Below the pieces are notes generated by a model that saw only the letters and a program-made list of their open reading frames with translations, made no database searches and was not told where the DNA came from. The translations under genes were made by a program, and so were the position numbers. 64,000 bases of DNA from the human T2T-CHM13v2.0 reference genome, Homo sapiens. Below are positions 40,332-55,130 of the stretch, piece after piece. Within the stretch, counting starts at the first letter, position 1, and the number at the start of each line of letters is the position of its first letter. The stretch lies in the NCBI RefSeq assembly GCF_009914755.1, contig NC_060925.1; one strand, given 5' to 3'.

Positions 40332-43228
40332 AAGGAGGGGTGGGGAGTATATACATTGTTGAAAAAAAATGTCAATGTTCAGTAATGACACTGAGAAATT
40401 AAATTAGAGGAGCCTAAACTGTTATGTCAAATACATGCAATACAGAGTTCTGGATTGGATTCTGTACTAGACAAAAAAGTATTCTATAAAAAAACTATTG
40501 TATTAGTTGACCAAATTGGAATATGGTTGATTAATTGAATAAACGTATGATACCAATGTTAAATTTACTGAAATTAAAAATTACTGTGGTTATGTAAAGA
40601 AAATGTCTATTCTTCAGAAATTAACACGGAGATATCTAGAGATAAAAAACACCTAGAGATAACAAAGGCCAAGATGTATGCAACTTGCTCTCAACTGGTT
40701 CAGTGAAATATATATATGTATATACTTAGTCTACCCACAGAGAAATTGATGAAGCAAATTGACAAAATCCCAATGAATCTAACTGGGTAAAGCATACAGA
40801 ATATTCTCTGTTTTATTTCTGTAACCTTTTAAAACATAAATTTGAATTTAATTCTCAAATATAGAATGGAAAAAACAGAAAAAAGAAATAATCATTGATA
40901 AGGTGAACTGTAAGGAAGCTCACATATCCAGAAACATCTCAGGAAAGGTGTTTTTTTTTGGTGAAAGTATAGTTGAGTTGCAAGAGTTAAAAAGTAGAAT
41001 GGCAACTGTAGCTGGCCCCAGTGATGTTTGTGATGTGGTTGAACACACAGCCTCATTTTTCTGTAAATAAGGGTGAAGCTGTATGGAGCTATCATCCTGT
41101 GACCAACCACTTATTACTGATTTTTAAAACTGGAATTGACCATGAGTGAGTCAGCAAGAATTACCATGGGCATTGCTAAAAACCCTAAATCAATCAGACA
41201 CATACAAAAACTAGCCATTACTTCTCGTGTTGACATGAGGTATATCTACATCTGTTTTTATTTACTTATTTATTTTTATAACTGCTTTTAACACTCAACA
41301 TGTTCACAGGTTAACTGCTGTTTTGGGACACATTTTCTTTCATAATATAGCAAAAGAGGAGCTGAGAACATGCAAAATATTGATATTTCTTAGGCAAAAT
41401 ACAAAGAGATCAATGAATTCATAATTTTGCTTTTAAATATAAATTAATAAGTCAAAAAAGCTAATAGAATTATCGGACATGTTCCTTAAAGCAGGAACTC
41501 CAGCGTTGTGGGGTTTTCTTTTTCCTTTAGGTGCTGTGAATTTGAATGTAGATCATTAATAAATTATAATTTGAAATTATTGTAAGTGTTTATAAAAATC
41601 TCTGCCAAGTCTAGTTATTCATTGGATAATAGTTAATATTTATGCTAATTTTACTCATTTGCTCAGTATGGCAGAATCAGAAAAACAAATCTATGCACAG
41701 TTTAACTTATAAACCCAATCTGTCTTCTTTCAGTTTCATGATGTTATCCGTTATCATTATTCTAATAACTTCACTAACCAACATTCCTATTTAATTAAAC
41801 TAAAATGTATCCAAGCACTTTTAAAAAGAAGAATGTGCATAATAACAAGCACTGCAAAGCAGGAGAGTTAAATTCATAATATTAATCTTAAATTATATGA
41901 AGATAGAGATTATGTGTTTTGCTCTTACAAAAATTATATTACCATATCAGATTTAAATTCCTGGAAAGATGATTAAGAATCAGCTTTACATTTACATATT
42001 AAGTTTTACTTTTTAAAACACATTTATGCCTATTATATTTTTTGAGTCCCACAATAGCCAAGGATTATTATCATGCAATTTTTGAAAGTAGGAAACTAGC
42101 TGGTGGTAACTACAGCTAAGAGATGTGCACAAGGATTGGCAGATTTGATGAATAAGGAACTTGTCTTAAGAGCACATGTGTATAACTCCTGGTTCTGAAT
42201 TTGCTGCACTTATACCCCACGGAGAGTCCTGCCATGAATTTAAGTGCTCACATATCAGTTTTATGATTTTTCAGTGGTTCTAGAGAGTGAAGAGTTGGCA
42301 GTCAAGAGCACACTCATACTTCAGAAATATTGTAGGGGACATAATGCATATTATATAAATATATATTGCAGATATATTGATTTTTTCTCACATAATACCA
42401 ATACTAAGCATGTGATGTGGGTAAGATTGATTAGACACACTGCATAAATGAGTAAACTGAAAGTCGCTGAAGGGTAATATTAAAGAAAACATTAGCAGAT
42501 AAAATACATGTTTCAATTGTGCTTGTTCTACACCTGTATAAAATATGCCTTTCTGATTTCATTAAAAGCAGTTTCATTGCATCAGCCTTGCTCAGGGTAT
42601 TTTCACAAAAAAAAAATATGAAACAAAATCAAATTTCATTCATCTGAAATGAGGTGGGGTCCTATTTATTAAAAGTACATCTCTGACTCCCAGGGTGCAC
42701 CCAAAGCTATGTAGTTCAAAGTTAAATTTCACACAACTTGATAATTCTGTTAGCATTGTGACTTTGAAAACAGACCTGTTTTGATGATGACTAAGGTCGA
42801 CTTCCTGAAATTGACTTATAATCTCTTTGGGAGGATGTGCACTATAGCAGAAGTACTGGAAATCTATAAACATGTTATATATTTCATTTCTACTAGCTAT
42901 GCAATCCTGCACAAGCTACATAAACTCTTGGATTTTTAGATCCCTCATCAGTTAAAATTTAATTCTAACTCCAAAGTCTTTGATTGAAAGCTGCAGTTTG
43001 AAATCAGACCCAGCAAACTCATAATTTGATTAACTTTATTCTCCCCTGATTACTTTAGCGGTTCATGCTGACCTATCAACGTGTGAATGCTGATCAAATA
43101 AATCTCTTACATATTTAAATGAAGACATTTCTCTTGTGACATTTCCATTTGAGCCTTTTGTCTATTGATTGGTGATTATCCAGCATACGAAAGAGAAAAT
43201 AACCTTGACTAAGAATCAACAGACATAG

Positions 43229-43570
<342 letters not shown>

Positions 43571-43630
43571 TAACTTTTATGAACTGCAATGCCTTTAAGT
43601 ATGAAGAGTAAGTATAAAAATATGCATTTT

Positions 43631-43918
43631 GGCCAGGCGCGATGGCTCATGCCTGTAATCCCAGCACTCTGGGAGGCCAAGTTGAGCAGATGACTTGAGG
43701 CCAAGATTCCGAGGCCAACCTGGCCAACATGGTAAACCCCTTCTCTACTAAAAATACAAAAAAAGTAGCCAGATGTGGTGGTGCAATCCTGTAATCCCAG
43801 CTACTCAGGAGGCTGAGGCAGGAGAATCGCTTGAACCTGGGAGGCGGAGGTTGCAGTGAGACCGGTTCGCGCCACTGAGCTGCAGCCTGGGGGACAGAGT
43901 AAGACTCTGTCTCAAAAA

Positions 43919-43957
<39 letters not shown>

Positions 43958-43958
43958 A
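43631..43958 (+). mobile_element. AluS with (TAAA)n tail
   Basis: Full Alu; TSD-like ATGCATT on both sides. Confidence 0.93.
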
Positions 43959-44088
43959 TGCATTCTGCCTACCGCATGAATAAAATACAAAAAATTAAGT
44001 TGACTCTTAAGTTCTGAACAAGTGAGGTTAGTGAGGTTACAGGAGAAAAATGAACAGCACAAACAACACTAATGCATTCCTACTTTAC

Positions 44089-44214
44089 CTGATGGGGAGA
44101 TGTGTCGCCAAGAAATGGAAGGCTCTGGTTTCCCAGTGGCCAAACAAGTAAGAGTGACGTTGGTTCCTTCATTGACGGTCATATCATTTGAGATGTCATA
44201 TATCTTAGGAGGAA
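44089..44214 (-). CDS. NEGR1: NEGR1 internal coding exon (exon 3), N-terminal half of Ig-like domain 2
   Basis: Minus strand ttgtcatttcAG|TTCCTCCTAAG...CCATCAG|GTaaag; 126 nt, phase 1-1, open: (V)[41 protein letters not shown] with Ig B-strand Cys, C-strand Trp and an NVT sequon; matches NEGR1 as I recall it. Confidence 0.96.
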
Positions 44215-44744
44215 CTGAAATGACAAAATACGCAGTGATTAGAAAAAAATATATAAAGTTTTGTTGAAGTACGTATGATTAATTCCATAATATCATGCAA
44301 GAAAGGTATGAGGGTGAAATGTATATATGGCCTATGGGCCTCACCTGAAAGATGGATTCTCTAGAACCTCAAGACTTTCTAGGAGTTTTTTATTAGTTTT
44401 TTTTCCCCTAATTTTTGGATGTTAAATACCTCAGGATAAATGGAATATTTAATAACAAAAATGTTTAAACATTGATTAAATATGTATTATGAGTAATTTG
44501 TGTTAAGTAAACTAGAATATAATCAATCTATTTTATCCATGGATCCTCACTGTATGATGTTTTCCTTGTTGAAATGGTTAAAAAAGAGGAAATACAGAAG
44601 AAACTTAAAATAGCAGAATGGTTATTCCTACATACTGATTTAAAAGCTGGGTGAGTTAGGACATGTACATGATTGGGAGGTAAGATTTCATGGTCACAAA
44701 GGTATTTTTGACTTTAATTTTCTATCTGCCAGGTAGTAGGGCTA

Positions 44745-45010
44745 GACTTTCTCAAAATTTGTGTTCTAAGGAACACAAATTCTAAGGACTATGAAAGGTG
44801 GATACAATAAAGTTTTCTTATCAATAATGACTGGCAAACACTGGTTGAAACAGATCACTTCAGGACTTCTCATCCTTTGTTATGCCCTTTTGCACTGTAA
44901 ATCCATAAGAGTCAAGGGGGATATATTGTATTGCATTTTCTCTGATGTATTAGACTAGAGAAGTTTTTATCCCAGAATTTAATCACATAATACATTCGGG
45001 AAATGTTGGA
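44745..45010. mobile_element. hAT-Charlie-type relic, related to 800-1060
   Basis: CAGGACTTCTCATCCTTTGTTATGCCCTTTTGCACTGTAAATCCATAAGAG; ends CTTTCTCAAA / CGGGAAATGTTG. Confidence 0.45.
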
Positions 45011-45079
45011 GAGAAAAGTCTCTAAACTAACTTCTAGGATTAAATTTCTATATTCTTTGAGAAACCAAATGTCTCATTG

Positions 45080-45290
45080 AATCCTCAAAGAGCATGGGTA
45101 TAAATCTCTATTGGCTAACTGCATTATTTAGAGTAAGTTATTTAATTTATCTCAGCCTCAGTGTCTTTATCTGAGAGCAGGAGACAATAATAGTACATGT
45201 CCTATCTGGCTGCTATGGAGACTAAGTAAGTCACTACATGTTAAAGGACTTAGAAAAGTGCCTGACATTAGTGTTAGTCATTATTATTAG
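45080..45290 (+). mobile_element. MIR
   Basis: GTAAGTTATTTAATTTATCTCAGCCTCAGTGTCTTTATCTG...CTTAGAAAAGTGCCTGACA. Confidence 0.75.
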
Positions 45291-46082
45291 ATGCTATTAA
45301 ACACATATATGGTGTTTGAATTTCATTTTAGTAGTGCTCTTTTCCTATGCCTTAAAATTGTTCTCAGAAATTCTTCACTTTTGTAGAGGGTATGACTGAC
45401 CTATGCCATAAATAAGTTTGGGTTACTTTATAAAATTTATACTATGTTACTATTACAGCACAAATATAAATAAATAGCAATTACACCCCTTGGTAATCAT
45501 TAGAAAAATAAGATTTTTACTGAAATCTTTTTAATTGTTCCCTTCTTTGGGTTTCTTTATGCAAGAGACATGTTTTCACGATTACCTTTAAAGCTAGTAA
45601 CTAAAATCTGTTGTGACGATAAATTACCCATACTTTGAATTTTTTTTGACAACCAAAACTCAGCCTCAAGAAAATCAAGAATGATATAATTACAAATATA
45701 AAGTATTTGATTATGTGTAACTGTTGATATGATTGAGGAGAAGGCTTTTTCCTAAGTAATACACCACTGTAACTGTTTCCAAATGACATAGTTTAATTGG
45801 CATTTAAAACACATTATCATCAAACTCTTCAGTGAGCTTTTCTCAGGCAAATAATAAAAATTTTAAAACCATCCCAAACAGAGGGGTCTTTTCAGCTTAA
45901 CTAAAACAGAACAAAAATAAAAACATTAAATTACCCTAGAAGGAAAGTACAAAAAACTTTGCATTACACTGGTAAATAGGAGAGTTAATAATAATAAATT
46001 TACAACATTAAACTAAAAGTATATTTTAGATATTTAGTTGTAGGTATAGGTTTAATTCAATGAACTGTAAAGCACATGTGGA

Positions 46083-46114
<32 letters not shown>

Positions 46115-46128
46115 CAGATATACATATA

Positions 46129-46469
46129 TAGATGGTCACTGACTTACAATGGTTCAATTATAATGTTTTTACTTTATAATGGTGTGAAAATAATATCCAT
46201 TCAGTAGAAAGCACATTTTGAGTACCCATACAACAATTATGTTTTCATTTTCAGTATAGTATTTGATAATCTACATGAAATATTCGACATTTTATTATAA
46301 AACAGGCCTTTTGTCACATTATTCTGACCAACTGTGGTTAAGTGTCTGAGCACGTTTAATGAAGGCTAGGTTAAGTTATGATGTTCGATAGTTTAAGTGT
46401 ATTAATTGCATTTTCAATTTACAATGGGTTTATTTGGATGTAACCTTATCATAACATGAGGAGCATCTG
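46129..46469. mobile_element. Tigger3a/MER7-like MITE
   Basis: TIR-like AGATGGTCACTGACTTACAATGG ... ATCATAACATGAGGAGCATCTG, TA flanks. Confidence 0.8.
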
Positions 46470-47483
46470 TATTCATAAACATACATACAGTGCATAGCAG
46501 TGCCCACTATTAAAAAAATTATATAGTGCTTTTTTCCTTTATATAGAAGATAGTATATAGGGCTCTTAGTCTCGCCTAGCGACTTTACTTAATTATTTAA
46601 AATATAACTGATTCAAGGTTAGACAGAGATATGTATATGAAGAGAAATAATGAAATGCCATAAGAACATGAATTCCATCCTCGAAATACCATTATTTGGT
46701 CAATACTGTCTGATCAAAAAATAGTTTAGTTGGATCTTTACACATCTACATATATTTAAAGTGCTAAACATTATGCTAAACTAATATTCAGCACTAGTAT
46801 TTGGCTATATAGAGAAACAATTAAGTCCCTTAGAAATAAACTTAGATTTGACATTTACCTATAGGAGATTGTGTAGTGTGGGGAGAGTGGTAAATTCCAG
46901 GTGTGACATGTCATTCTCAGTGATTGCAATTGCCTTCCAGGGCCTCATAATTCAGGACATGCTACAGGGAATACACATCTGGGAAGAGGATGTTAGTAAG
47001 AGAAAATCCCTCTGACAAGGCTCCTCTCCCCAGAAATGCATCACTTGTTGGAAGCAGATGCCATGTGTAAGAGGGCCAGTGAAATCCTTACATGCACGGT
47101 GGCTTGTGGAGACAAAAACAGGTGTTGCTTTGCTGAATATTCAGAACTATTGCATATTCAGTTTAAGCCTTCCAACTTTTACTGACTATCATGAAGGGAA
47201 TAATTCTTGACCCAAAGGAAATGCAAAAGTTTAAAGGCATGTTACTTGCCCTCAAGAAATTTAAATTAAAAGACAGAAGCGGATAGGTAAGTAACTAAGA
47301 GAGGGCAAATATTTTCCACATTTTCCTTTCCCATTTTACAGGAGTAAAACAAGTTCAATAGGTAAAACTTCTGGGTTTAAATCAGTAGACATTAATTTTG
47401 TGTTGGTTTATTTTTAAGTTAATTATGTAGAATAGTTTACGCACAAGGTTATTGAGTGCAGACTATTTATAATAGATAAAAAC

Positions 47484-47785
<302 letters not shown>

Positions 47786-47956
47786 AGGAAAACTATTAAT
47801 AACCTTAAGGTAGGACTGCACAAATGGTGGTATAGAGAATTGGTCAACTGGATGGTGATAACAATTGTCAGCTCTGTCGTCAGAATAAGGTGTGGTATAG
47901 AGAAGGGTTTTGGATGGTCCCAGGGCGCATCGTGCTAAGCACTTGCATAGGAAAAC

Positions 47957-47957
<1 letters not shown>

Positions 47958-47992
<35 letters not shown>

Positions 47993-47999
47993 AAAAAAA
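47958..47999. repeat. A33 homopolymer followed by GA8
   Basis: Read directly. Confidence 0.95.
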
Positions 48000-49986
48000 T
48001 AGAGGAGAGTTAAAAATAATGTACTATTCTAGATGTGTGCCCCTTTTCTAGATCTTATTTCAGACTCCCTCACATCCTTTTCTAAATACTTAATTTATGC
48101 AAAAAGGAGCAGATGTATTTAATCAATTCAACAATTTTTAAGCCATTAAATAACTACAGATTTTAAGAAGTATTTTAAATTGTCATGTACTTTAAGTACT
48201 TATGACCTAGGGCAGAGTTATAAAGAAATATATTGATGAGTGTAAACTCATTTAATATGCTGGAAACAATTATTATAATATCCTCACTATCTTCATTATA
48301 TGATACCATAAAAAGACAATGAAAAGGCAGAAGTCCTAGATTTCATACTAAATCACAGAATATCTCCTAGTGAAACTCTAATTAGGGATATACAAGACTT
48401 TACAACTGTGTTCATAATTAATTGTTGTGTATTACCAGTTAGAGAGATCTAAGAACACTGGAAGCTTTCTAAGCAACAGAGGTTGAAAGTAGATTTAAAG
48501 ATTGTGTTGGGTGAAATGTATTTTAAAACCTCCATATCCATTTAAATGAACTACTCTTGGTCCCTTGCATTCATAACATGCTTTCCCTTTAATTGTTCAC
48601 TGGCCTAAAATTCAACTGCTACTTAGTACCTGGTCTTCAACTTTTATTTAGTTGGTTCCACAGTGAGGAGATAATGCGTATTTAGATGTATCTACATATT
48701 TAGATTCTCTAAAGATAACATATGTCTCTTGTTAGTTTCACTTTCACCAAAAAATGTAGGCAATTTGACTTACTCCACCCACCTTCCCTCTTCTGAGCCC
48801 ATCTGTGGGTGTCTTCAGGCCAGGTATGAGTCACTTTCAGTAAGAAAAATCTTAGAATGCACATCCAAACCAGATTCTAATGACCTTCACACAGGCTACC
48901 ATTTTGGATTATTCTCCACTGTTTGTACGATAATGAGCAACTGAGTTTGTGAGTGCACGGCATTATTTTCTTTTAATGTGTACATATTTTCTGATGTATA
49001 GAAATAAATTATTTTTGTTTGTTTAATGAGCAGTCTTCAAAGATATAGCTTTAATTTCTTTCAAGAATTCATCATGCTGCCTGCAACATGACCATTAACA
49101 GAGAAGCCAGCATCACGGTGACTAATCTGGATATCACAGGAGTCATATAAGCACAGGGTATTTTATTATATTAAAAGTTTTTATCTAAAAAAATCTGTGC
49201 AGATGATTTTAGAAAGAATAAATAAAATAGCACCTGAACCAATATTAACTTGCATGACCTGTGAGGTCAGGTCACACATGATATTAAAAACCCTTACAGG
49301 ATGCGTCTGACAGTTATTTTAACTGTAAATAAAAGGCATAAACTATTTGGATCTGGATAGTTGCACTGGCTCACTGGAATCAATTAAATGCCCCATCGAG
49401 CTCTTAAGCTGTAAGAGTCCGTGAAAGACCACAGTGCATACAAATCCATTTGGAGGCTGTCTTTAGGATGCCAGGGCTAAAAGGTAGATGGAATATTTAT
49501 TTAATCTGGCTCATAAACACTCACAGATTACTGAAAAACATCAGATCAGCATTTATTGTAACCACAATATTCTGGCACAAAAACCACCTGTTTCCTCGGT
49601 CAGGATATAAAATCAAAGCAGTGTTTTATAGGGGAGTGCACCGAATGTCCTCTCATTCATTCTCTGAAGTTGTAGACTCATTACCAAAAACCTTTAAAAG
49701 TTGTTATATATCTATTTGAATTATGCACACAATTATGAGATCTATTCTCCAAATATGTTCACTAGGACAAATAAGAAGTAAAATAAAAGTGATGCCAACT
49801 CTTTGATGTCCTCTTTGACCCACCTCTCCCAACGGTGACTTCTCATACCTCAAAAATTTACCACAAAGAAGAAACAGCGAAATGTACATTAGTGAGTGAA
49901 TTTTAAAAGATCAAAATTCGATCTTAAAAAATTGTATCACTGATGACTTTGATGATCTTAAAGCAGAATAGGTTTTTCTGGGTCTG

Positions 49987-50309
49987 CACTGTGGACAATG
50001 TTTGTGTCTCTCCCAAATTCATGAGTTAAAATCTTAACCCCCGAGGTGATACTATTAGGAGGTGGGGCCTTGGAAAGGTGATTAGATCATGAAGGGATTA
50101 GTGCCCTTATAAAATAGACCCCACGAGCTAGGCCACCCCTTCCACCATGTAAGGACTCAGTGAGAAAGTGTCATCCATGAGAAAACAGGCCCTCTCCAGT
50201 GCCTCGATCTTGGACTTCCCAGCCTCCAGAAGTGTGAGAAATACATTTCTGTTGATTATAAGCCATCTAGTTTATGGCATTTTTTATAGCGCCTGAATGT
50301 ACTAGGACA
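49987..50309 (+). mobile_element. MLT1A/MLT1A0-like solo LTR
   Basis: AATGTTTGTGTC...CCCAAATTCAT, GGAGGTGGGGCCTT, TCTTGGACTTCCCAGCCTCCAGAA, end ACTAGGACA. Confidence 0.85.
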
Positions 50310-50379
50310 GAATGTGTCTTGTTGAAATAATTATTTGCACCCATAACTCTCTGCCCCTTTCCACTCCTATACTCATTTC

Positions 50380-50570
50380 TTGTGATAGTTTTCTTTGCAA
50401 TCCATAATTATCATTGGTATTTATTTCTTCATTTGTTTATTATCTGTATCTCTTCATAGAATCTAAGTAGAGACCTAGGGTAGGGAAGTTGTGTGCTTTA
50501 TTCAACAGCATATTGCCAGAACCTGAGAGAGGGCCTGACACATACAGGTTATTCAATAAATATTTCATTG
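50380..50570 (+). mobile_element. L2 3' end
   Basis: GCCTGACACATACAGGTTATTCAATAAATATTT. Confidence 0.7.
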
Positions 50571-51743
50571 TTCTTTCAGGTGCTAAGCTAATACTTCTTT
50601 GATGTCTCAGTGAAGAGATCCTATAAAATTTTATACCATTGCAAGAATCACATAATATAAGTTCTGAGAATATGGTGAAAATGTAATTATAATTTCAAGG
50701 GTCCTGTGTGACTTTTTCATGGATTCTCTGAGTTTAGGGATTAAATATTCCTCTAACTCATTTAGAAGCATAATATTTTCTTAGTCCTTTGCCTACTATA
50801 GCTTTTGCCATGCAAACCCAGAGAAATAACTGGACAATAATCATACACATTTATTTTTAACAGAATGGTCTGTCACATCTTAGGTAGTCCCATGTGAGTT
50901 GGTCTCAGTATTTTTTTTTTTTTACTTTTGGATCTTTGCAAATTTAAAATCAAGAGAATTTGACTCTAATAGTATGTATGTGCATATTATTTCTACTGTT
51001 TTTTTCCTCCAAAGACTTGGAGTCTGGGTTAGTTTGGATGAACTATATTTCTGAAGCTTTTCCAAACTGCTTGAGTCAACAAGCTAGACGTAACTATAAA
51101 TCTTGGGAGAATTGGCTTTTTTGCACTCCCATATCTGGTAATGGCTGGCAATATCAAAAGAACATCCTTCCTTTCACTGGGCTGGCACTCCTCTTTTCAG
51201 TATTGGCCTGCCCCCAAAAAGTGAAAGCAGATCTACGTTACATAACAAACCTCCTGGAAAAGGTGTTGTTCTCAAACTGAGATAAGAAATTGTTTCATGC
51301 TTTTTTCTCTAAATTGGTTTGCTTGTGGGTTCTTGATGGTTTCATGGTCTGCATCTCACCAGCAACATTATTTTCTCCAGCTGATAGACTATGACTGACT
51401 TGTCACAGTTTATGGCATTTCAGAGATTTCTATTGCTTCTCCCCTAATCCCCTCACTCAGAGATAGTGATAACAGGAAAAAGATACCAAGCATGAGTTTT
51501 AAATTCAAACTTGCCAAATTCATGAAATACCTACAGATAAAATATGCCAGAACAACTTAGGGGTAAAGAATCCGTATAAGAAAAACGTTATCTGTCGAAC
51601 TTCAGTTCAAACTTTGAATTATGTTGCTTACTTTACTGTTTTCTCTCATTTAGGATACCTATGCACGAGTTTTTCTCAATCTATTCTGTCCTTCGTGGGG
51701 TCACCTATAAAAATCTGGCAAAATAGGCAGTGAACTGTTTTAA

Positions 51744-51795
51744 TTCATCCATCCACCCGTCCATCCATCCATCCATCCATCCATCCATCCATCCA
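51744..51795. repeat. (CCAT)n tetranucleotide repeat at the tail of a minus-strand L2 relic
   Basis: Read directly; followed by ACATTTATTAAGC. Confidence 0.9.
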
Positions 51796-54065
51796 ATAGA
51801 CATTTATTAAGCCCCATCTCAGGGTGACTAATCTTAAGGAGTCCATGTCTAAAGAGTTAGAAAGATACAACATTTCTAATCACAATGCAGAGTCACTAAT
51901 CCTACAAAGACTTATTCCCAAGGTGTATTGGGAACACAGATTTGTAACTAACTCTTCCTTATGGAGGCAGAATTGAGGGGATGCTGATATTGGACAAGGC
52001 TTTTTGAAACAGGTGGAATTTGAACAGAATTTGGTGGTTTAAAACAGTAGTTTCCCACACCCAGCTAATCATCAGGGATAACCGGATGAGTTTTTCGTGA
52101 TTCTGGGATGGGAGAAAGGTTGATTTAGGATATTCTAGACCAATAGTATGTAGTGAGTTCCAAAGTCTACAGATTTTGGAAACACTGATTTACAGAACAC
52201 CAGAAAGACCTCTCCTTAAAATTCTCTCTCCTATATTTAAAATCTGCACTCTAAGTAGAAAGGCTTTTTTTTTTTTAAAGATCCTCAGAATATTTATTTG
52301 CCTTCAAGGGACTAATGTTAAAATGTAACTAACCCTACAAGAAATGATGACTTATTAACTTGCATCCATTTTCAAACTCACTGAGAGCAGCATAGTGGGT
52401 GCAGTGGGGCACCATCCTGGAAGTAGAAAGATGCAATAGGCAACATTTTACCATCGTGTTCTTTTCCCTTGAAAAGCTCAGGATTGGTTCTAAATGGTAG
52501 TGATCAAGAAGAGAAGAAAGTAAGACTCTGAGAAGAATGAACCCTACAGGATATGGAATTATAGAGAAACTAAAGTGGAAATTACTTTCTTCTATTTTCT
52601 CTTTCTCTCCATCTTCTCTGGACTCTCTAATGCATGGATTATGCAAAGGCATAACAATTTGCCAGTTAGATTTTCAGTAGCAAATAAAAACATACACTTA
52701 CACATGAAACACACATGAAGTAGGTTTAGTATACATGAAAATTAAATGTGATAAAATGAGCTTTTAAAAGGCTGCTGGTTTTAGAGAGCTTAACATTTAT
52801 GTAATGATTTTAACATTTTTGGTTGCAGGCAAATTTCTCGCATGCTGTACAAACATTTTATTTTGAAGACAAAAACACAACATGGTTACACAAGAGTTTC
52901 AATATTTTGGACTGTAAAGATTTTTATTTTTTTGATTTGTTTTGGCGAGAGGATCAATAGCTAGCCTCTGCACATGAGTGTTTATACACCAGAATTCAAA
53001 TCACTGCTGTACCTCAGGCTTGCTTCAGTTTCACTTACTTGGATAATTCAAAGATATAAAACACTGCTTAAAATCAGGACCTTAATAGCAGCTACTTCCT
53101 CAGGCAACAGCAGCAGCAGCCAGCAGGCTGGAGCACACTTATTGTCGTGCTGTATATCACAGGGAATCTACAATGCCTGCATAATTCAGTCTCTTCCTTA
53201 GTAGAAAATGGTCACAAAATAGATAGGAAGAACACCGCAATTGAAATACCTTACAGCACACTAATGTGGGTATCCTAGTGAAGTATAATTCTTAAGGCAC
53301 CAACTATATAACTTCAAAACCTTCAGTGATGGTAACATTTTATTAAGAATTAATAATGAGGTTTTTTTTTTTCCTGGAAACAATTTGGCAGTATATTTTA
53401 AGAACTTAAAAAAATTTCTATTCCATTGAGCCAATGATTCCCCTTCCAGGAATTTATATTAAGGAAAGCAAGTACCTTCTTTCAGTGTAGTTACTATTCC
53501 CATAAACCTGGTGGCCAGCTCCATTTGGAAATGTGCCAACAAATACCCTTTGGAATGGCCCAAGTGAACTGTTTTCTTGCCTCATCCTTGGCAGTGAACT
53601 ATTTTCCCTATAAACCAGAGGAAACAGCCCAGCTGTGTCAAACTAGAACCCAGCTGCCTTCTTTGCAAACATTTCCCATAGCTAAAAGCTTGCTTTAGGG
53701 TTTTTGAAAACATGAGAGAACCCAATGTCTACCCTTGGAGTCACAGAGTTATAATGTAACACCTGGCTCCTGGTTTTATAAGGTAAGCCTGCTCAGGTTC
53801 AATATACATATTCCTTGTTAGGCTCAGGTTTCTCAAAATGTGTTTTAGCAGATTTTTATATCTAAAAGCTGCTCTGGTGTTTTATGCATTTGCAGAGGAG
53901 ATGTGTCATTTTAGCACCATTTGAAAAATAACACCTTCTTTGAAGTACTCTGGTTTCTTTGTTCTTTGTAAATAATATTTATTTTTCTAATCATGAAGAT
54001 AATATACATTCACTGAAAAGAATGTAGACAAATACATAAACATTAAGGAAGAAAAAAAAGTAGCA

Positions 54066-54144
54066 TATTAGGTTGTAATATCTAAAACTGCCCTTTAGTT
54101 AAAAACAAATGGATATTGGCAATTTCATATGATTCAATTTAATA
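54066..54144. mobile_element. MADE2-like mariner MITE
   Basis: TATTAGGTTG...GGCAATTTCATATGATTCAATTTAATA, ~80 bp quasi-palindrome. Confidence 0.7.
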
Positions 54145-54607
54145 TAATGCCACCATTTAATAATTATTATTAATAGTTTGATATATTTTATTTTTGTCTT
54201 TTTATTCATATGTTTATATAGATCCTAGAAATTTCCATATGATCCAATAAGCTCACCAGGGAATTGGTGCTGAAGCCTTGGCTGGAAATAAATAGTGTGC
54301 CCTTCTCAACACTATTTATAGTGATCCCTTCTCAACACTGTGCTCTAGAAAGGGAGTGAGAAGGTAGTTGGATAAGTATTCAAAATAGGACACTGTGGCT
54401 TTCTGCCTTCCTTACGGGAAACATGTCTAAAAAAGGTTACCCACAGCAAGGGTTAGTATTTGTTGAACATTTACTGTGAGTAATATACTGAGAGACTAAT
54501 GACTTATTTGGAGGGAGTGAGTTTGGGTCCATCTTAGGGCAAAGTTCTACATGTCCAGGCCAATTCTTCCTTCCATCCACCCATCTGCTTTTGTGATAGT
54601 TGGTTTG

Positions 54608-55130
54608 TGTGGTGGTTCTATCAACATGGCCACAAATTTTTTAATACTCTTTCCACTAAAAATAGGATCTCTCCCCTTCCCCACCTCATATTAAATTGGA
54701 GTAGGCTCTTGGCTGCTTCATACAGTAGAGTTGTGGAAGAAATAATGCTATTTGACTTCCAAACTGGGAAAACAAAACAAAACAAAACAAAGCAAAAAAT
54801 ATTTGTTTCCGGTACTGTTCTCTGAGAACACTCACTCTTGGAGTTCTAGCCCACTGTGGTGTCACCACCTCGGGGCTACCATGCTGGAGAGAACATGTGG
54901 AGGCACCACATGCGGTCGCCACATGGAGAGACTGTGATAACAGAAAGAGAGAGAGAGAAAGCTTGGGAAGCACTTCAGCTCATCTAAGCCCTGACTGCCT
55001 AAGTCATCCCAGTGAGGCCTCAAATATCCTATCTAAATTGCACAAATTGCAGTCTTCTGAGTAAAACAAATAATTGTAGTTGTTAAAAGCAACCACGTTT
55101 GGGCACAGTTTTTAAAAGAATAAAGAAAAT
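54608..55130 (+). mobile_element. MLT1G/H-like LTR
   Basis: TGTGGTGG...ATGGCCACAAATTTTTTAATACTC start; CACCTCGGGGCTACCATGCTGGAGAGAACATGTGG. Confidence 0.65.

Noticed and set aside
43780-43920. Classic right-arm Alu exonisation just downstream of the NEGR1 exon
   Set aside because: The GAGACAG acceptor is present on the minus strand, but the usual donor reads TACAG|GA rather than GT/GC. Only a weak left-arm CAG|GTTGGC remains.
54292-54339. Two-copy 26-bp-period tandem repeat (ATAGTG..CCCTTCTCAACACT)
   Set aside because: An ordinary small tandem duplication; two units with no spacer diversity.
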